64,000 nucleotides of DNA. Origin: an uncultured Acidobacteriota bacterium (GTDB lineage: Bacteria; Acidobacteriota; Vicinamibacteria; Vicinamibacterales; SCN-69-37). The DNA is taken from contig CAVSQJ010000001.1 in assembly GCA_963730095.1 (NCBI GenBank), forward strand, positions 689,599 to 753,598, written 5' to 3'. A model generated the notes under the pieces. That model worked only from the letters and a program-made list of their open reading frames with translations. It had not been told where the DNA came from and made no database searches. How positions within the stretch are numbered: the stretch's first letter is position 1; the number at the start of each line of letters is the position of its first letter. Below are positions 48,129 through 56,922 of the stretch, piece after piece. Both the position numbers and the translations under genes were made by a program.

Positions 48129-48779
48129 ATGAGCGCCCTCCGCATTCTCGTCGCCGACGATCACCGGCTGGTCCGACAGGGCCTCCGCAAGATTCTCGAG
48201 AGCCAGCCCGGCTGGGTGGTCGTGGCCGAGGCGGGCGACGGCCGAGACGCCGTGCAGCATGCCCTCGATCTGCAGCCGGACATCATCATCATGGACATCG
48301 CCATGCCGCGGCTCAACGGCATCGAGGCGCTGCAGCAGATCGAGCGGCGCGCGCCAGGCGCGCGCGTGCTCGCCTTGAGCATGTACGCCGACGAGGCCTA
48401 CGTCACGCGGGCCGTTCGGGCCGGCGCTCACGGCTACCTGTTGAAGGACTCGGCGGACGTCGACCTCATTCAGGCGGTGATCGCGGTCTCGGAGGGCAAA
48501 TCGTTCTTCAGCCCGGCCGTGGCCAGGGTCCTGCTCGACGAGTACGTCCGCCAGCTGGCCGAACGGGGAGTCGCGGACCGTTACGAGACCCTGTCGGAAC
48601 GTGAGCGCGAAGTTTTCCAACTCGTCGCCGAGGGTCACAGCAACAAGCAGGTCGCCGCGCTCCTGCACATCAGTCCGACGACGGCCGAGACGCACCGGGC
48701 GCACGTCATGGAGAAGCTCGACCTCCACAGCACCGCCGACATCGTCCTCTGCGCGGTGCGCAAGGGCATCGTTCACTAG
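48129..48779 (+). CDS. NarL/LuxR-family response regulator
   Basis: REC domain (ILVADDH..IIIMDIAMP..) followed by LuxR HTH (LSEREREVFQLVAEGHSNKQVAALLHISPTTAETHR). Confidence 0.9.
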   Translation: MSALRILVADDHRLVRQGLRKILESQPGWVVVAEAGDGRDAVQHALDLQPDIIIMDIAMPRLNGIEALQQIERRAPGARVLALSMYADEAYVTRAVRAGAHGYLLKDSADVDLIQAVIAVSEGKSFFSPAVARVLLDEYVRQLAERGVADRYETLSEREREVFQLVAEGHSNKQVAALLHISPTTAETHRAHVMEKLDLHSTADIVLCAVRKGIVH

Positions 48780-48915
48780 CGCGTTCGAGGCGGTCGCGCC
48801 ATGTCGCGGTCGTTGCGGGATCGCACGACGGTTGGACGACCCGGCGAGGCCGCCAAGCCCGGCGTGTGGCGACGGCCGCGAACGGAACGCGCGTTGCAAG
48901 CGACAACGAAGGACG

Positions 48916-49224
48916 ATGGTCCTCCTCTCCGTCGGGTTCCGGACCCAGTCGAGCAAGCGCGACGAGGTGTTGAGCGCGGTTGACGAGGCCGTGGCCCGCA
49001 TGCGTCACCAGCCCGGGTGCGCACGCGGCCGGGTATTCGCCGACACGAACGACCCGGACGCGTTCACGCTCATCTCCGAGTGGGATTCCATTGACGATGC
49101 AGACGGATTTTTCGCCTCGCGGGAATTCCAGGTCCTGCGCGGCCTGCGCATGCTCCTCCGCGACGAGCCGGTCGTCGTCGTCGACGACGTGAAGGCGCGG
49201 TTCACGCGGCTCGTCCGAGAGTAG
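48916..49224 (+). CDS. ABM (antibiotic-biosynthesis-monooxygenase-like) ferredoxin-fold small protein
   Basis: 102 aa from MVLLSVGFRTQSSKRDEVL..FTLISEWDSIDDADGFFASREFQVLRG, with a GAAGGA RBS. It is a paralog of 56601..56909. Confidence 0.65.
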   Translation: MVLLSVGFRTQSSKRDEVLSAVDEAVARMRHQPGCARGRVFADTNDPDAFTLISEWDSIDDADGFFASREFQVLRGLRMLLRDEPVVVVDDVKARFTRLVRE

Positions 49225-49367
49225 CCCACGACCGGTCGCGGACGCCGCGCGGTAGCACGAGTCCCGGCCGCGCACAGTTCGGATCGCCGCATGGCAGGTT
49301 CTTTGCTCCTTCGTAGCGCCGGAACGCCGGCGCCGCGAAGCGTGCGATCGTCGCGTTCGTTGGACGC

Positions 49368-49596
49368 GTGACGGCGCAAGGTGGCGCGGAGTTCGTCGCG
49401 CCTGCAGAACGGATTGCCGTGTTCGAGCCCAATTCTCGCGTTCGGCAACTCCGATGGCGATCAGCAGATGCTCGAATGGACGGCGGCGGGCGCTGGCGCG
49501 CGCTTCATGGGCCTCGTCCATCACCCCGACGCGGCGCGCGAGTACGCCTACGACCGGGCATCGCCGGACGATTGGAAGGCGATTTTTCCGAAGTAG
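49368..49596 (+). pseudogene. Remnant of a HAD-superfamily hydrolase gene
   Basis: Two frames read GGAEFVAPAERIAVFEP and PILAFGNSDGDQQMLEWTAAGAGARFMGLVHHPDAAREYAYDR. These resemble non-adjacent parts of HAD-IB-type hydrolases. The N-terminus is missing and there is an internal deletion. Confidence 0.5.
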
Positions 49597-49940
49597 GATT
49601 CGGCCCATGCCACTGCCGACACTCCTATCGTCGCCCGTTGGTCGCTACATCCGGCAAGCAGAGCCCACAGCCATGCCGAAGGCCGGCGGCAGACCAACGA
49701 CGACGCCGGAGCAGCGGGCAGAATAGGGGAACGGGGCGTGCGATTTCAGACAAAGCGAAGAGCACCGTTCCGGCCTTCGGCTACCCCGTGCCGTGCGCCG
49801 TCAGTGGCCAGTAGTGATCACGCGCGCGCGCGTCCGATCACAGATTTGATCGGGTGCAATTCCTTCAGGCGGTAGTACATTCCCACGTGCTGGCCGCGCT
49901 ATCATTGACGGCCATGCGAAGTGCGACCGCGACTGCCGAA

Positions 49941-50570
49941 ATGACTGAGGTCGGTACTCCGACCGTGTTTATCGTCGACGACGACCCATCGGTGCGGACG
50001 TCTGTCCAACGCCTGCTCGAATCCGTCGGTCTGCCATGCGAGATGTTTTCGAATGCGGCTGATTTTCTGAAGCGCGTCGAACACAGCGTCGTCGACGGCT
50101 GTCTCGTGCTCGACGTCCGCATGCCCGGTCCGAGCGGGCTCGACCTCCAGCGCTCCCTCGTCGCGATGGGGCAGGACTTGCCGATCGTCTTCGTGACCGC
50201 GTACGCCGACGTGCCGCTGACCGTGCGCGCGATGAAAGCCGGCGCGATGGAAGTGCTGACCAAGCCGTTCGACGATCAGGCGCTGCTCGACGTGATCAAT
50301 GCCGCGCTCGCCAAGGCGCGCGTGCGGCGGCACGATCGCGAAGAGACCGGCCGGCTGCGCGCGCTCCAGGACAAGTTGACGCCGCGCGAGCGCGAGGTGA
50401 TGGGCCTCGTCGTGTCGGGCTTGCCGAACAAGCAGATCGCCACACAACTCGGCACGACCGAACGCACGGTGAAGGCACACCGCGCGCAAGTCATGCACAA
50501 GATGCGCGCCGATTCGCTCGCCGAGCTCGTCCGGATGGCCGATCGGTTGCATCCCGCCAAGTCCGAGTAG
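49941..50570 (+). CDS. FixJ/LuxR-family response regulator
   Basis: REC domain (TVFIVDDDPSVR..LVLDVRMPG..VFVTAYADV..KAGAMEVLTKPF) followed by HTH (LTPREREVMGLVVSGLPNKQIATQLGTTERTVKAHR). The start is uncertain (alternative at 49914). Confidence 0.85.
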   Translation: MTEVGTPTVFIVDDDPSVRTSVQRLLESVGLPCEMFSNAADFLKRVEHSVVDGCLVLDVRMPGPSGLDLQRSLVAMGQDLPIVFVTAYADVPLTVRAMKAGAMEVLTKPFDDQALLDVINAALAKARVRRHDREETGRLRALQDKLTPREREVMGLVVSGLPNKQIATQLGTTERTVKAHRAQVMHKMRADSLAELVRMADRLHPAKSE

Positions 50571-50584
50571 CCCCAAGCGCGTCA

Positions 50585-50606
50585 CCATTGGCCGATTGGC
50601 CAATGG
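50585..50606 (+). terminator. Hairpin after the FixJ-like gene
   Basis: 9-bp perfect stem CCATTGGCC/GGCCAATGG with loop GATT, 15 nt after the stop. The T tract is weak. Confidence 0.45.
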
Positions 50607-50672
50607 ACGGCCTGTTGTCGCGCGACCTAGAGTGAGCGTCCCGTTCTGAGCTCGACTCAGGGGCGAGCGGGC

Positions 50673-52220
50673 ATGACTCACTTCGCGCCGTTCCGCTTCG
50701 ACGAACTCGACCTGACGCTGTGGCATGGGCAGGAGCCGCGCCCGCTCACGCGCAAAGCCTCGCACTTGTTCGCGTGTCTGCTTGCCGCGCGCGGGCACTG
50801 GGTGTCGAAGGCGGAGATTCTCGCCGCGGTCTGGCCCGACACGCACGTCCACCCCGACAACATCAAGGTGCTCGTTCGGGAGATCCGGCTTGCGTTGCAC
50901 GACGACGCGGGGAACCCGAGGTTCATCAGGAGCGAGGCGGGCCGCGGCTACGCGTTCGTCGCGGCGACGGTCGATGGCGCGGGCCGCGCCGCAGGCGGAA
51001 CCGGCGTGCCGCTCTTCCTCGGCCGCGCCGGCGAGCTGGCTTCGCTCATCGAGGCGCTCGACGCGGTGCGCGCCGGGTCGAGCCGCGTGGCACTGGTGCT
51101 CGGCGAGCACGGCGTGGGCAAGACCGCGCTCTGCGACGCGTTCCTCCGCGTCGCGCGCGCCACGACACTGATTCGCGCGGCGTCGGCCGAGTGCATCAGC
51201 GCGCCGCACAGTCCTGAACCGCTGCTGCCGTTTCACGACGCGTTTCGCGCGTGCTGCCGCGACGCGCCCGCGGTCTTCGCGCGATTGATGGCCGCGGCGC
51301 CTGCCTGGTCGGCCACCGCGCCCGAGTGGATGCAGGGCGTGCTCAGCGTCCCGGCCGATGCCGCGCCGCTCGCGGCCGAGCTCGCTCCGGCGCTCGCCGC
51401 GATCTCGGAGGATCGTCCGCTCGTGCTCGTGCTCGAGGATCTGCAGTGGGGCGATCCGGCCAGTCTCGAGGCCGTGGCCGCGCTGGCGCGCGCCTCCGCG
51501 CACGCGCGCTGGCTGCTTCTCGCGACGGCCTGTCCGTTCGGGCCGTCGTCCGGCGCGGTCGGTCTCGTCGAGCTCGAGCGCGTGGCGCGGTCGAGCTCGT
51601 CGGCCTTCGCGCTCGAGCTGGCGCCGTGGGGGCTCGCGCAAATCGGGCGCTACCTCGACGTGCGGTTCGGCGCCGGGTGCTGCACCGGCCTGACAGCGAC
51701 GGTGCATGAGGTAACGGGCGGCAATCCTTCGATGGTGGCGGCGGCCGCCGACCGCCTCGTCGAGTGCGGCGCCGTCGCTTTCGAGACGGGGCGGTGGACA
51801 CGCGATCCCGGCGCCGACTCCGCGCGCGTGTCGCGTGCGCTTCGCGCCATCGCGATCTCGCAGATCGATCGATTGACGGCGGACGAGCGCGCGCTGCTCG
51901 AAGCCGTATCGGCGGTCGGCGGCTCATTCACGAGCGCCACCGCGTCGATCGCCGCCGACATCCCGGAGGCCGAGGCGGCGCGCCTGCTCGATCGCCTCGC
52001 CCATCGCCGGCTCCTGGTTAGCCACGGACCGGCCGCCGGCCGGCGCAGCGCGACGGCGAGCGCGTATCGCTTCCTTCACGCTCTGCACGTCGAGGTCCTC
52101 GCGGAGCGTGCGCCGATCACGCAGCAGATTCGATCGGCCCGCCGTCTGGCGGAAGCCGCCGAGCGCGTTGCCCGTCCGGACGGCAAGCGCCGGCATGCTG
52201 GCGATCGCGCCGCGAGTTAG
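50673..52220 (+). CDS. OmpR/PhoB-type winged-helix DNA-binding domain fused to a P-loop (STAND/AAA-like) ATPase
   Basis: wHTH domain (WVSKAEILAAVWPD..NIKVLVREIRLAL..SEAGRGYAFV) followed by Walker A (VLGEHGVGKTAL) and a Walker B-like motif (LVLVLEDLQWGD). Confidence 0.75.
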   Translation: MTHFAPFRFDELDLTLWHGQEPRPLTRKASHLFACLLAARGHWVSKAEILAAVWPDTHVHPDNIKVLVREIRLALHDDAGNPRFIRSEAGRGYAFVAATVDGAGRAAGGTGVPLFLGRAGELASLIEALDAVRAGSSRVALVLGEHGVGKTALCDAFLRVARATTLIRAASAECISAPHSPEPLLPFHDAFRACCRDAPAVFARLMAAAPAWSATAPEWMQGVLSVPADAAPLAAELAPALAAISEDRPLVLVLEDLQWGDPASLEAVAALARASAHARWLLLATACPFGPSSGAVGLVELERVARSSSSAFALELAPWGLAQIGRYLDVRFGAGCCTGLTATVHEVTGGNPSMVAAAADRLVECGAVAFETGRWTRDPGADSARVSRALRAIAISQIDRLTADERALLEAVSAVGGSFTSATASIAADIPEAEAARLLDRLAHRRLLVSHGPAAGRRSATASAYRFLHALHVEVLAERAPITQQIRSARRLAEAAERVARPDGKRRHAGDRAAS

Positions 52221-52226
52221 CGGAGC

Positions 52227-54803
52227 TCAGGACGCCTGGCCGGCGTCGACGGGCAACAGCACTTCGAACACCGCGCCCTGGTCCTCGTGGTTGGTGGCGT
52301 GGATCGATCCGCCGTGCGCCTCGACGATCGATCGTACGATCGAGAGGCCCATGCCCATGCCAGTGGGTTTGGTCGTGTAGAAAGGTTCGAAGACGAGGTC
52401 CTCGCTGCCGGCGGGGAGGCCGGGTCCGGTGTCGTGCATGCTCACGCGGACGGCCTCGCCGTCGATCGCGCGGCAGCGCACGGTGACCAGGCGCGCGCCG
52501 AGGGGCTGGTCGTCGACCGCGTCCATCGCGTTCTGCAGCAGATTCAGCACGACCTGCTGCAGCTGCACGCTGTCGCCGCGCACGAACACCGGGTGATGAT
52601 CGACGTCGAGCGACACGGTGACGCCGCGGACGATGGCGTCGCCGATGACGAGGTCGGCCACCTCGCGGATGACCTTCGTCAGGTTGACGCGCGTCATGGC
52701 GAGCTCGCCGCGGCGCAGCAGCTCGCGCAGGCGCTTGATGATGTCGCTCGCGCGGCGATCGTCCTTCACGATGTCCACGAGGATCGCGTGCAGCTTCGCG
52801 AAGTCGGGATTGGGGGAGTCGAGCACGCGCCGCGCGGCCTGGGCGTTGGTCATGATCGCCGAGAGCGGCTGGTTGAGCTGGTGCGCGATCGACGCCGTGA
52901 GCTCGCCGACCGTGGACACGCGCGCGACGTGGGCCAGCTCCTGCCGGCTGCGCTGCGCTTCGAGCTCGGCGCGGCGCACGTCGGTGACGTCCGACTGCGC
53001 GATGACCGCGCCGCCCTCCGACGAGCCGAGCGGCAGCACCTGCAGCGTCCACCACTGCGGCGCCGGCCCCACGTCCGATCGGTGATCGAGCGAGAACTCC
53101 GGCTGCGATCCGCTCAACACGGCTGCGATGCCGGGCGCGAGGGCGCGCGCCAGCGGCTCCCCCAGGCGCGCGGCGGCCTCGCAGCTCATCAGGAGGTTGC
53201 CGCCGACCGCCACGTCCATCGCGCCGCTCTCGCGCGCCACCGCCCTCCACGCTTCATTCAGCGCGACGACACTGCCGAGACGATCGACGACCGCGACACC
53301 TGTCTGAAGCGATTGCAGGATCGCCGACTTCATCAGCTCGCTCGTGCGCAGGGCGTCCTCGGTCTGCTTGCGCGCCAGCGCGCTCGCGAGGACCTCGCTC
53401 ACCAGCCGCAGGTTCGCCTTGAGCTCGTCTTCCCATCGCCGCTCGACGAACGACCCGCACGCGAGCACGCCGAGGAACGTGTCCTTGCCGGCGAGCGGCA
53501 TCGCGAGCGCGGCGTTCAGCCCCAGGCTCTCGAGCGATCGCCGGTCCGTGGCGGCGTTCTCCGGCAGCGCGTCGAGGTTCGGCAGGTTGAGCACCCGGCG
53601 CTCGAACAGCATGTCGAGGATCCACGGGAAATCGCGCGTCACGAGGATCTCCGGCGGGGGGCCGAGGCGCCGTCCGGACCACCAGTACGTCGCGCGGAAC
53701 GCGCATGCGTCGTCGGTCGCGACGAACAGCGCCAGCAGGTCCACCCGCAGCACGGCGCCGATCTGGCCGAGCCACTTGTCGAGCGCGGCGTCCATTTGGT
53801 CGCTCGGCAGCTGCACGAACGCGCCGGAGAGCCGCGAGAGCAGCTCTTCGAACTCGAGCCGCGAGGCGAGCGCATGCTGCGTGTGGCGGCGTTCATCGAC
53901 CAGCGTCGACACGTACATCAACGTCGTCGCGACGACGATGAGCGAGATGATGAGCGCCGGCACCGTCGTGTTCGGATCGAGCGTCGCGAACGGGCCGACG
54001 CCATGCACGAGCGACCAGCCGCTCAGGAGGGATGTCGCGAGCAGCGTCACGCCGGCGCCGACGGGCCCGAAGCGCACTCCCGCCCACAGCAGGAACGGCA
54101 GCTGCAGCGCGAGCGGCGCCTGCGTCGTGAGGACGCGAAGCGCCGGCAGGTTTGCGAGCTCGCTGTGCAGCCCGCTGACCCACACGACGCTGAAGCCGAT
54201 CGCGAGCACGAGCGCTTCGGTGGTGCGCGAGGTCCATCGGTTCTCGCGCCAGCGCGGCAGCGCGCCGATGAGGCCGACGACCGCCGGCACGAACGTGAGC
54301 TCGGCCAGCGCGTTGCTGAACGTGCGCCTCGCGAACACGGTCCAGTACGGCTCGCCGTGGAAGATCGTCACCGCCGCGGCGTCGGCGAACGACGAGAGCA
54401 GGGGCCCCGCGATCACCGCCGACACCATGAAGGCGGTCAGCCGCGGGAACGTGTCGAAGTCGCGCGGCGAGTCGCTGAAGAGCCAGATGCCGCCAGCGGC
54501 GACCACCGCCTCGATGCAGTTGGTGACGAAGAGCGAGAGGATGAGCGGCAGCGGCCAGCCCGTGCTGTGCTCGACGAACAGATGGATCGGCAGCGCCGCG
54601 AGCAGCAGCAGCGGCCAGCGCTTCGGCGGCGAGAGCACCAGCGCGGAGGTGAGGATCGCGTTGGGCGGCCAGAGAATCGACGGCGTCGCGCCGGGCAGCC
54701 GGAGACTGAGCCCGACCTGGCACGCGGCGTAGTAGCCAACGGCCACGCCAAGCGCACCGCCGATCAGAGCGAGGCGCGAACTCGCCGGGCGCGTGGGTGT
54801 CAT
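52227..54803 (-). CDS. MASE1-GAF-PAS-HisKA-HATPase_c sensor histidine kinase
   Basis: Start at MTPTRPASSRLALIGG. The MASE1-like polytopic N-terminus includes ..SILWPPNAILTSALVL... H-box is ELTASIAHQLNQPL. The ATPase region is LLQNAMDAV..HDTGPGL..GMGMGLSIVRSIVEAHGG. Confidence 0.85.
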   Translation of the reverse strand: MTPTRPASSRLALIGGALGVAVGYYAACQVGLSLRLPGATPSILWPPNAILTSALVLSPPKRWPLLLLAALPIHLFVEHSTGWPLPLILSLFVTNCIEAVVAAGGIWLFSDSPRDFDTFPRLTAFMVSAVIAGPLLSSFADAAAVTIFHGEPYWTVFARRTFSNALAELTFVPAVVGLIGALPRWRENRWTSRTTEALVLAIGFSVVWVSGLHSELANLPALRVLTTQAPLALQLPFLLWAGVRFGPVGAGVTLLATSLLSGWSLVHGVGPFATLDPNTTVPALIISLIVVATTLMYVSTLVDERRHTQHALASRLEFEELLSRLSGAFVQLPSDQMDAALDKWLGQIGAVLRVDLLALFVATDDACAFRATYWWSGRRLGPPPEILVTRDFPWILDMLFERRVLNLPNLDALPENAATDRRSLESLGLNAALAMPLAGKDTFLGVLACGSFVERRWEDELKANLRLVSEVLASALARKQTEDALRTSELMKSAILQSLQTGVAVVDRLGSVVALNEAWRAVARESGAMDVAVGGNLLMSCEAAARLGEPLARALAPGIAAVLSGSQPEFSLDHRSDVGPAPQWWTLQVLPLGSSEGGAVIAQSDVTDVRRAELEAQRSRQELAHVARVSTVGELTASIAHQLNQPLSAIMTNAQAARRVLDSPNPDFAKLHAILVDIVKDDRRASDIIKRLRELLRRGELAMTRVNLTKVIREVADLVIGDAIVRGVTVSLDVDHHPVFVRGDSVQLQQVVLNLLQNAMDAVDDQPLGARLVTVRCRAIDGEAVRVSMHDTGPGLPAGSEDLVFEPFYTTKPTGMGMGLSIVRSIVEAHGGSIHATNHEDQGAVFEVLLPVDAGQAS

Positions 54804-54875
54804 CGACGACGGCGTTATTCTATGACTTCTCGCGCTCCTGCCGCGGCGCGAGCCTCCGAAGTCGTGCGGGGGGTG

Positions 54876-54884
54876 TGGTAATAT
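54876..54884 (+). promoter_or_regulatory. Possible extended -10 element (TGgTAATAT) for the sortase operon
   Basis: This is the lowest-GC patch of the divergent intergenic region. No convincing -35 element. It is followed by the GGGGAC..GTCCCC hairpin before GTG 54946. Confidence 0.25.
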
Positions 54885-54945
54885 TCGTTTCGCTCCCGTA
54901 ATTTCGCGTGATCTGGCGGGGACTCCGTGTCCCCGGGAGAACGTC

Positions 54946-55590
54946 GTGACGCGTCCGTCCTTGGTGTGGCGAGTGCTGGAGCAAGGCGCCTGGACCGCCG
55001 GCATCGTGTGCGTGAGCGCATGGGCCGTCGTCGCGTTCACGGGCGCCGCGCGTGCGCGCCACGACATCAGTCGCTTCGAAGCGTTGCGAGACCAGGCGGC
55101 CACGCTCGCCGCCGCACCGCCCGATCTCAGCCTCTGGTCCGAGCCGCGCGTCCGCGCCTGGCGCGCCGCGCTCGCCGCCGACGGGCCCGCGCCGCTCGCC
55201 GTGCTCCGTATTCAACGGCTGCGGCTCGAAGCGCCCATCCTCGAGGGCACCGACGATGCGACGCTCGATCGCGGCGTCGGCCACATCGACGGCACGCCCG
55301 AGCCCGGCGCCGACGGCAACACCGGCCTCGCTGGACATCGCGACGGCTTCTTTCGCGTGCTCAAGGACATCACGCCCGGCGACACCCTCGAGCTCGAAAC
55401 GCTGCGCGCCACCGAGCGCTACCGCGTCGAGCGCACGTGGATCGTGACGCCTGACGACGTGTCGGTACTCGATCCGACCTCCTCGCGCGCGATCACGCTC
55501 GTGACCTGCTATCCGTTCTATTTCGTCGGTTCCGCGCCCCAGCGCTTCATCGTCCGCGCCGTGCAGACGACCGTGAGCGCGGCGCGATAA
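54946..55590 (+). CDS. Sortase, Gram-negative (class GN / marine-proteobacterial) type
   Basis: N-terminal TM. The catalytic triad context is GLAGHRDGFF (His), ITLVTCYPF (Cys) and QRFIVRA (Arg). Confidence 0.85.
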   Translation: MTRPSLVWRVLEQGAWTAGIVCVSAWAVVAFTGAARARHDISRFEALRDQAATLAAAPPDLSLWSEPRVRAWRAALAADGPAPLAVLRIQRLRLEAPILEGTDDATLDRGVGHIDGTPEPGADGNTGLAGHRDGFFRVLKDITPGDTLELETLRATERYRVERTWIVTPDDVSVLDPTSSRAITLVTCYPFYFVGSAPQRFIVRAVQTTVSAAR

Positions 55591-55628
55591 GTCTCTCCAC
55601 TCGGCGGCTGGGTCTGGAAGGAGGCTCT

Positions 55629-56420
55629 ATGAGAGGCAATGCAAGGTGGCTCACGGGGATCGTCGGTGCCGGATTCATCTGCCTGATGGCTGGCATCGCG
55701 ACCGCGCAGCAAACGAGCACGTCAACCGAAACGAAGCGCTTCGAAGTGATTTCCGTCACCGGCAACAAAACGGTCCTGCGTGCCCAGGACGGCACGTCGA
55801 AGGAGTACACGGTTCCGGAAGACTTCCGCTTCGACGTCAATGGCCAGAAGATCTCGGTGCACGATCTGAAGCCGGGAATGAAGGGCACCGCGACGATCAC
55901 GACGACGACCACGGTCACGCCGGTCACCGTGACTGAAGTGCGCAATGGCGAAGTGATTCAGGCGAACGGCGGCTCCGTGCTCGTGCACGGGCCGAACGGC
56001 TTCAAGATGTTCACGCAGGGCGACGTCGACAAGCGCAACATCACGGTCATGCGCGACGGCAAGCCGGTGGATATTTCGGAGCTGCACGCCGGCGATCGGC
56101 TGAGCGCAACGATCGTGACCGAGAAACCGCCGAAAATCATGACCACGCAGCAGGTGCAGGCCAGCATCGCGCCGGGCACGCCTGAAGCGGCGGCGCTCGC
56201 AGAGGCCACGACGCCAGCGGCATCATCCGCGAAGGCGGCGCCGCACGCGGGCGCGTCCTCGGCCGCCTCGTCTTCCGCGATGTCGGCCCCGAGCACGGGC
56301 GGGACGGCCGGGAAGACGCTGCCGAAGACCGCGAGCTCGCTCCCGCTCGTCGGGATCAGCGGTCTCGCGCTGCTCGCGTTCGCTGCGCTGCTCGCGCTGC
56401 GGCGCCGCGTGGCTGTTTAG
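55629..56420 (+). CDS. Predicted sortase substrate: secreted two-domain protein with a C-terminal LPKTAS sorting signal
   Basis: Signal peptide, two ~70-aa beta-rich repeats and an Ala/Ser-rich linker. The tail is TLPKTAS-SLPLVGISGLALLAFAALLAL-RRR (motif, TM, basic tail). A strong GGAAGGAGG RBS precedes it. Confidence 0.8.
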   Translation: MRGNARWLTGIVGAGFICLMAGIATAQQTSTSTETKRFEVISVTGNKTVLRAQDGTSKEYTVPEDFRFDVNGQKISVHDLKPGMKGTATITTTTTVTPVTVTEVRNGEVIQANGGSVLVHGPNGFKMFTQGDVDKRNITVMRDGKPVDISELHAGDRLSATIVTEKPPKIMTTQQVQASIAPGTPEAAALAEATTPAASSAKAAPHAGASSAASSSAMSAPSTGGTAGKTLPKTASSLPLVGISGLALLAFAALLALRRRVAV

Positions 56421-56439
56421 CGGATCGTCAGACGTCCGA

Positions 56440-56472
56440 GCCCGACGGCGCGCGCCGGCGCTGCCGTCGGGC
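56440..56472 (+). terminator. GC-rich hairpin after the sortase-substrate gene
   Basis: 10-bp stem GCCCGACGGC/GCCGTCGGGC with a 13-nt loop, 20 nt after the stop. No clear T tract. Confidence 0.4.
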
Positions 56473-56600
56473 CGCTTGACGCCACGAACTCTCGCGGGTC
56501 GTGCGCGCAGGCGGGCTCGCGCATCGACTTGGGGGCGCCGCGAATGTGATGCGGCCGCCGATTTGCGACGGAACGACCGTTGCAGAGTCGAGGACCGGCC

Positions 56601-56909
56601 ATGCTCCTCGCCTCCCTGACGTTCCGCGTGCAGCCGTTCAAGCGCGCCGAGGCGCTCAGCAGCGTGGACTCGCTCGTGGAGCGGATGCGACAGGCCGCCG
56701 GGTGCGTCCGCAGCCGGGTGCTCATCGACACCGAAGACGCCAATTCCTTCCTCGTCTCATCCGAGTGGCTGGACTCGACCACCGCTGAAGCATTCTTCTC
56801 GTCGGGCGAGTTCCGCGTGTTTCGCGGCATCCGCATCCTGCTGCGCGACCAGCCGCGCATCGTCCTTGACGACATCCGGACGCGAACGACCCGTCCGCTG
56901 AAGCGCTGA
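56601..56909 (+). CDS. ABM-like ferredoxin-fold small protein (paralog of 48916..49224)
   Basis: MLLASLTFRVQPFKRAEAL..FLVSSEWLDSTTAEAFFSSGEFRVFRG..LDDIRTR, with GAGG 7 nt upstream. Confidence 0.65.
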   Translation: MLLASLTFRVQPFKRAEALSSVDSLVERMRQAAGCVRSRVLIDTEDANSFLVSSEWLDSTTAEAFFSSGEFRVFRGIRILLRDQPRIVLDDIRTRTTRPLKR

Positions 56910-56922
56910 CGCCACGGGGCGG

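Noticed and set aside
54878-54908. Direct repeat GTAATATTCGTTTCGC / GTAATTTCGCG in the kinase/sortase intergenic region as a response-regulator binding site.
   Set aside because: The repeats are short and imperfect and occur only once. I kept only the weak extended -10 call.
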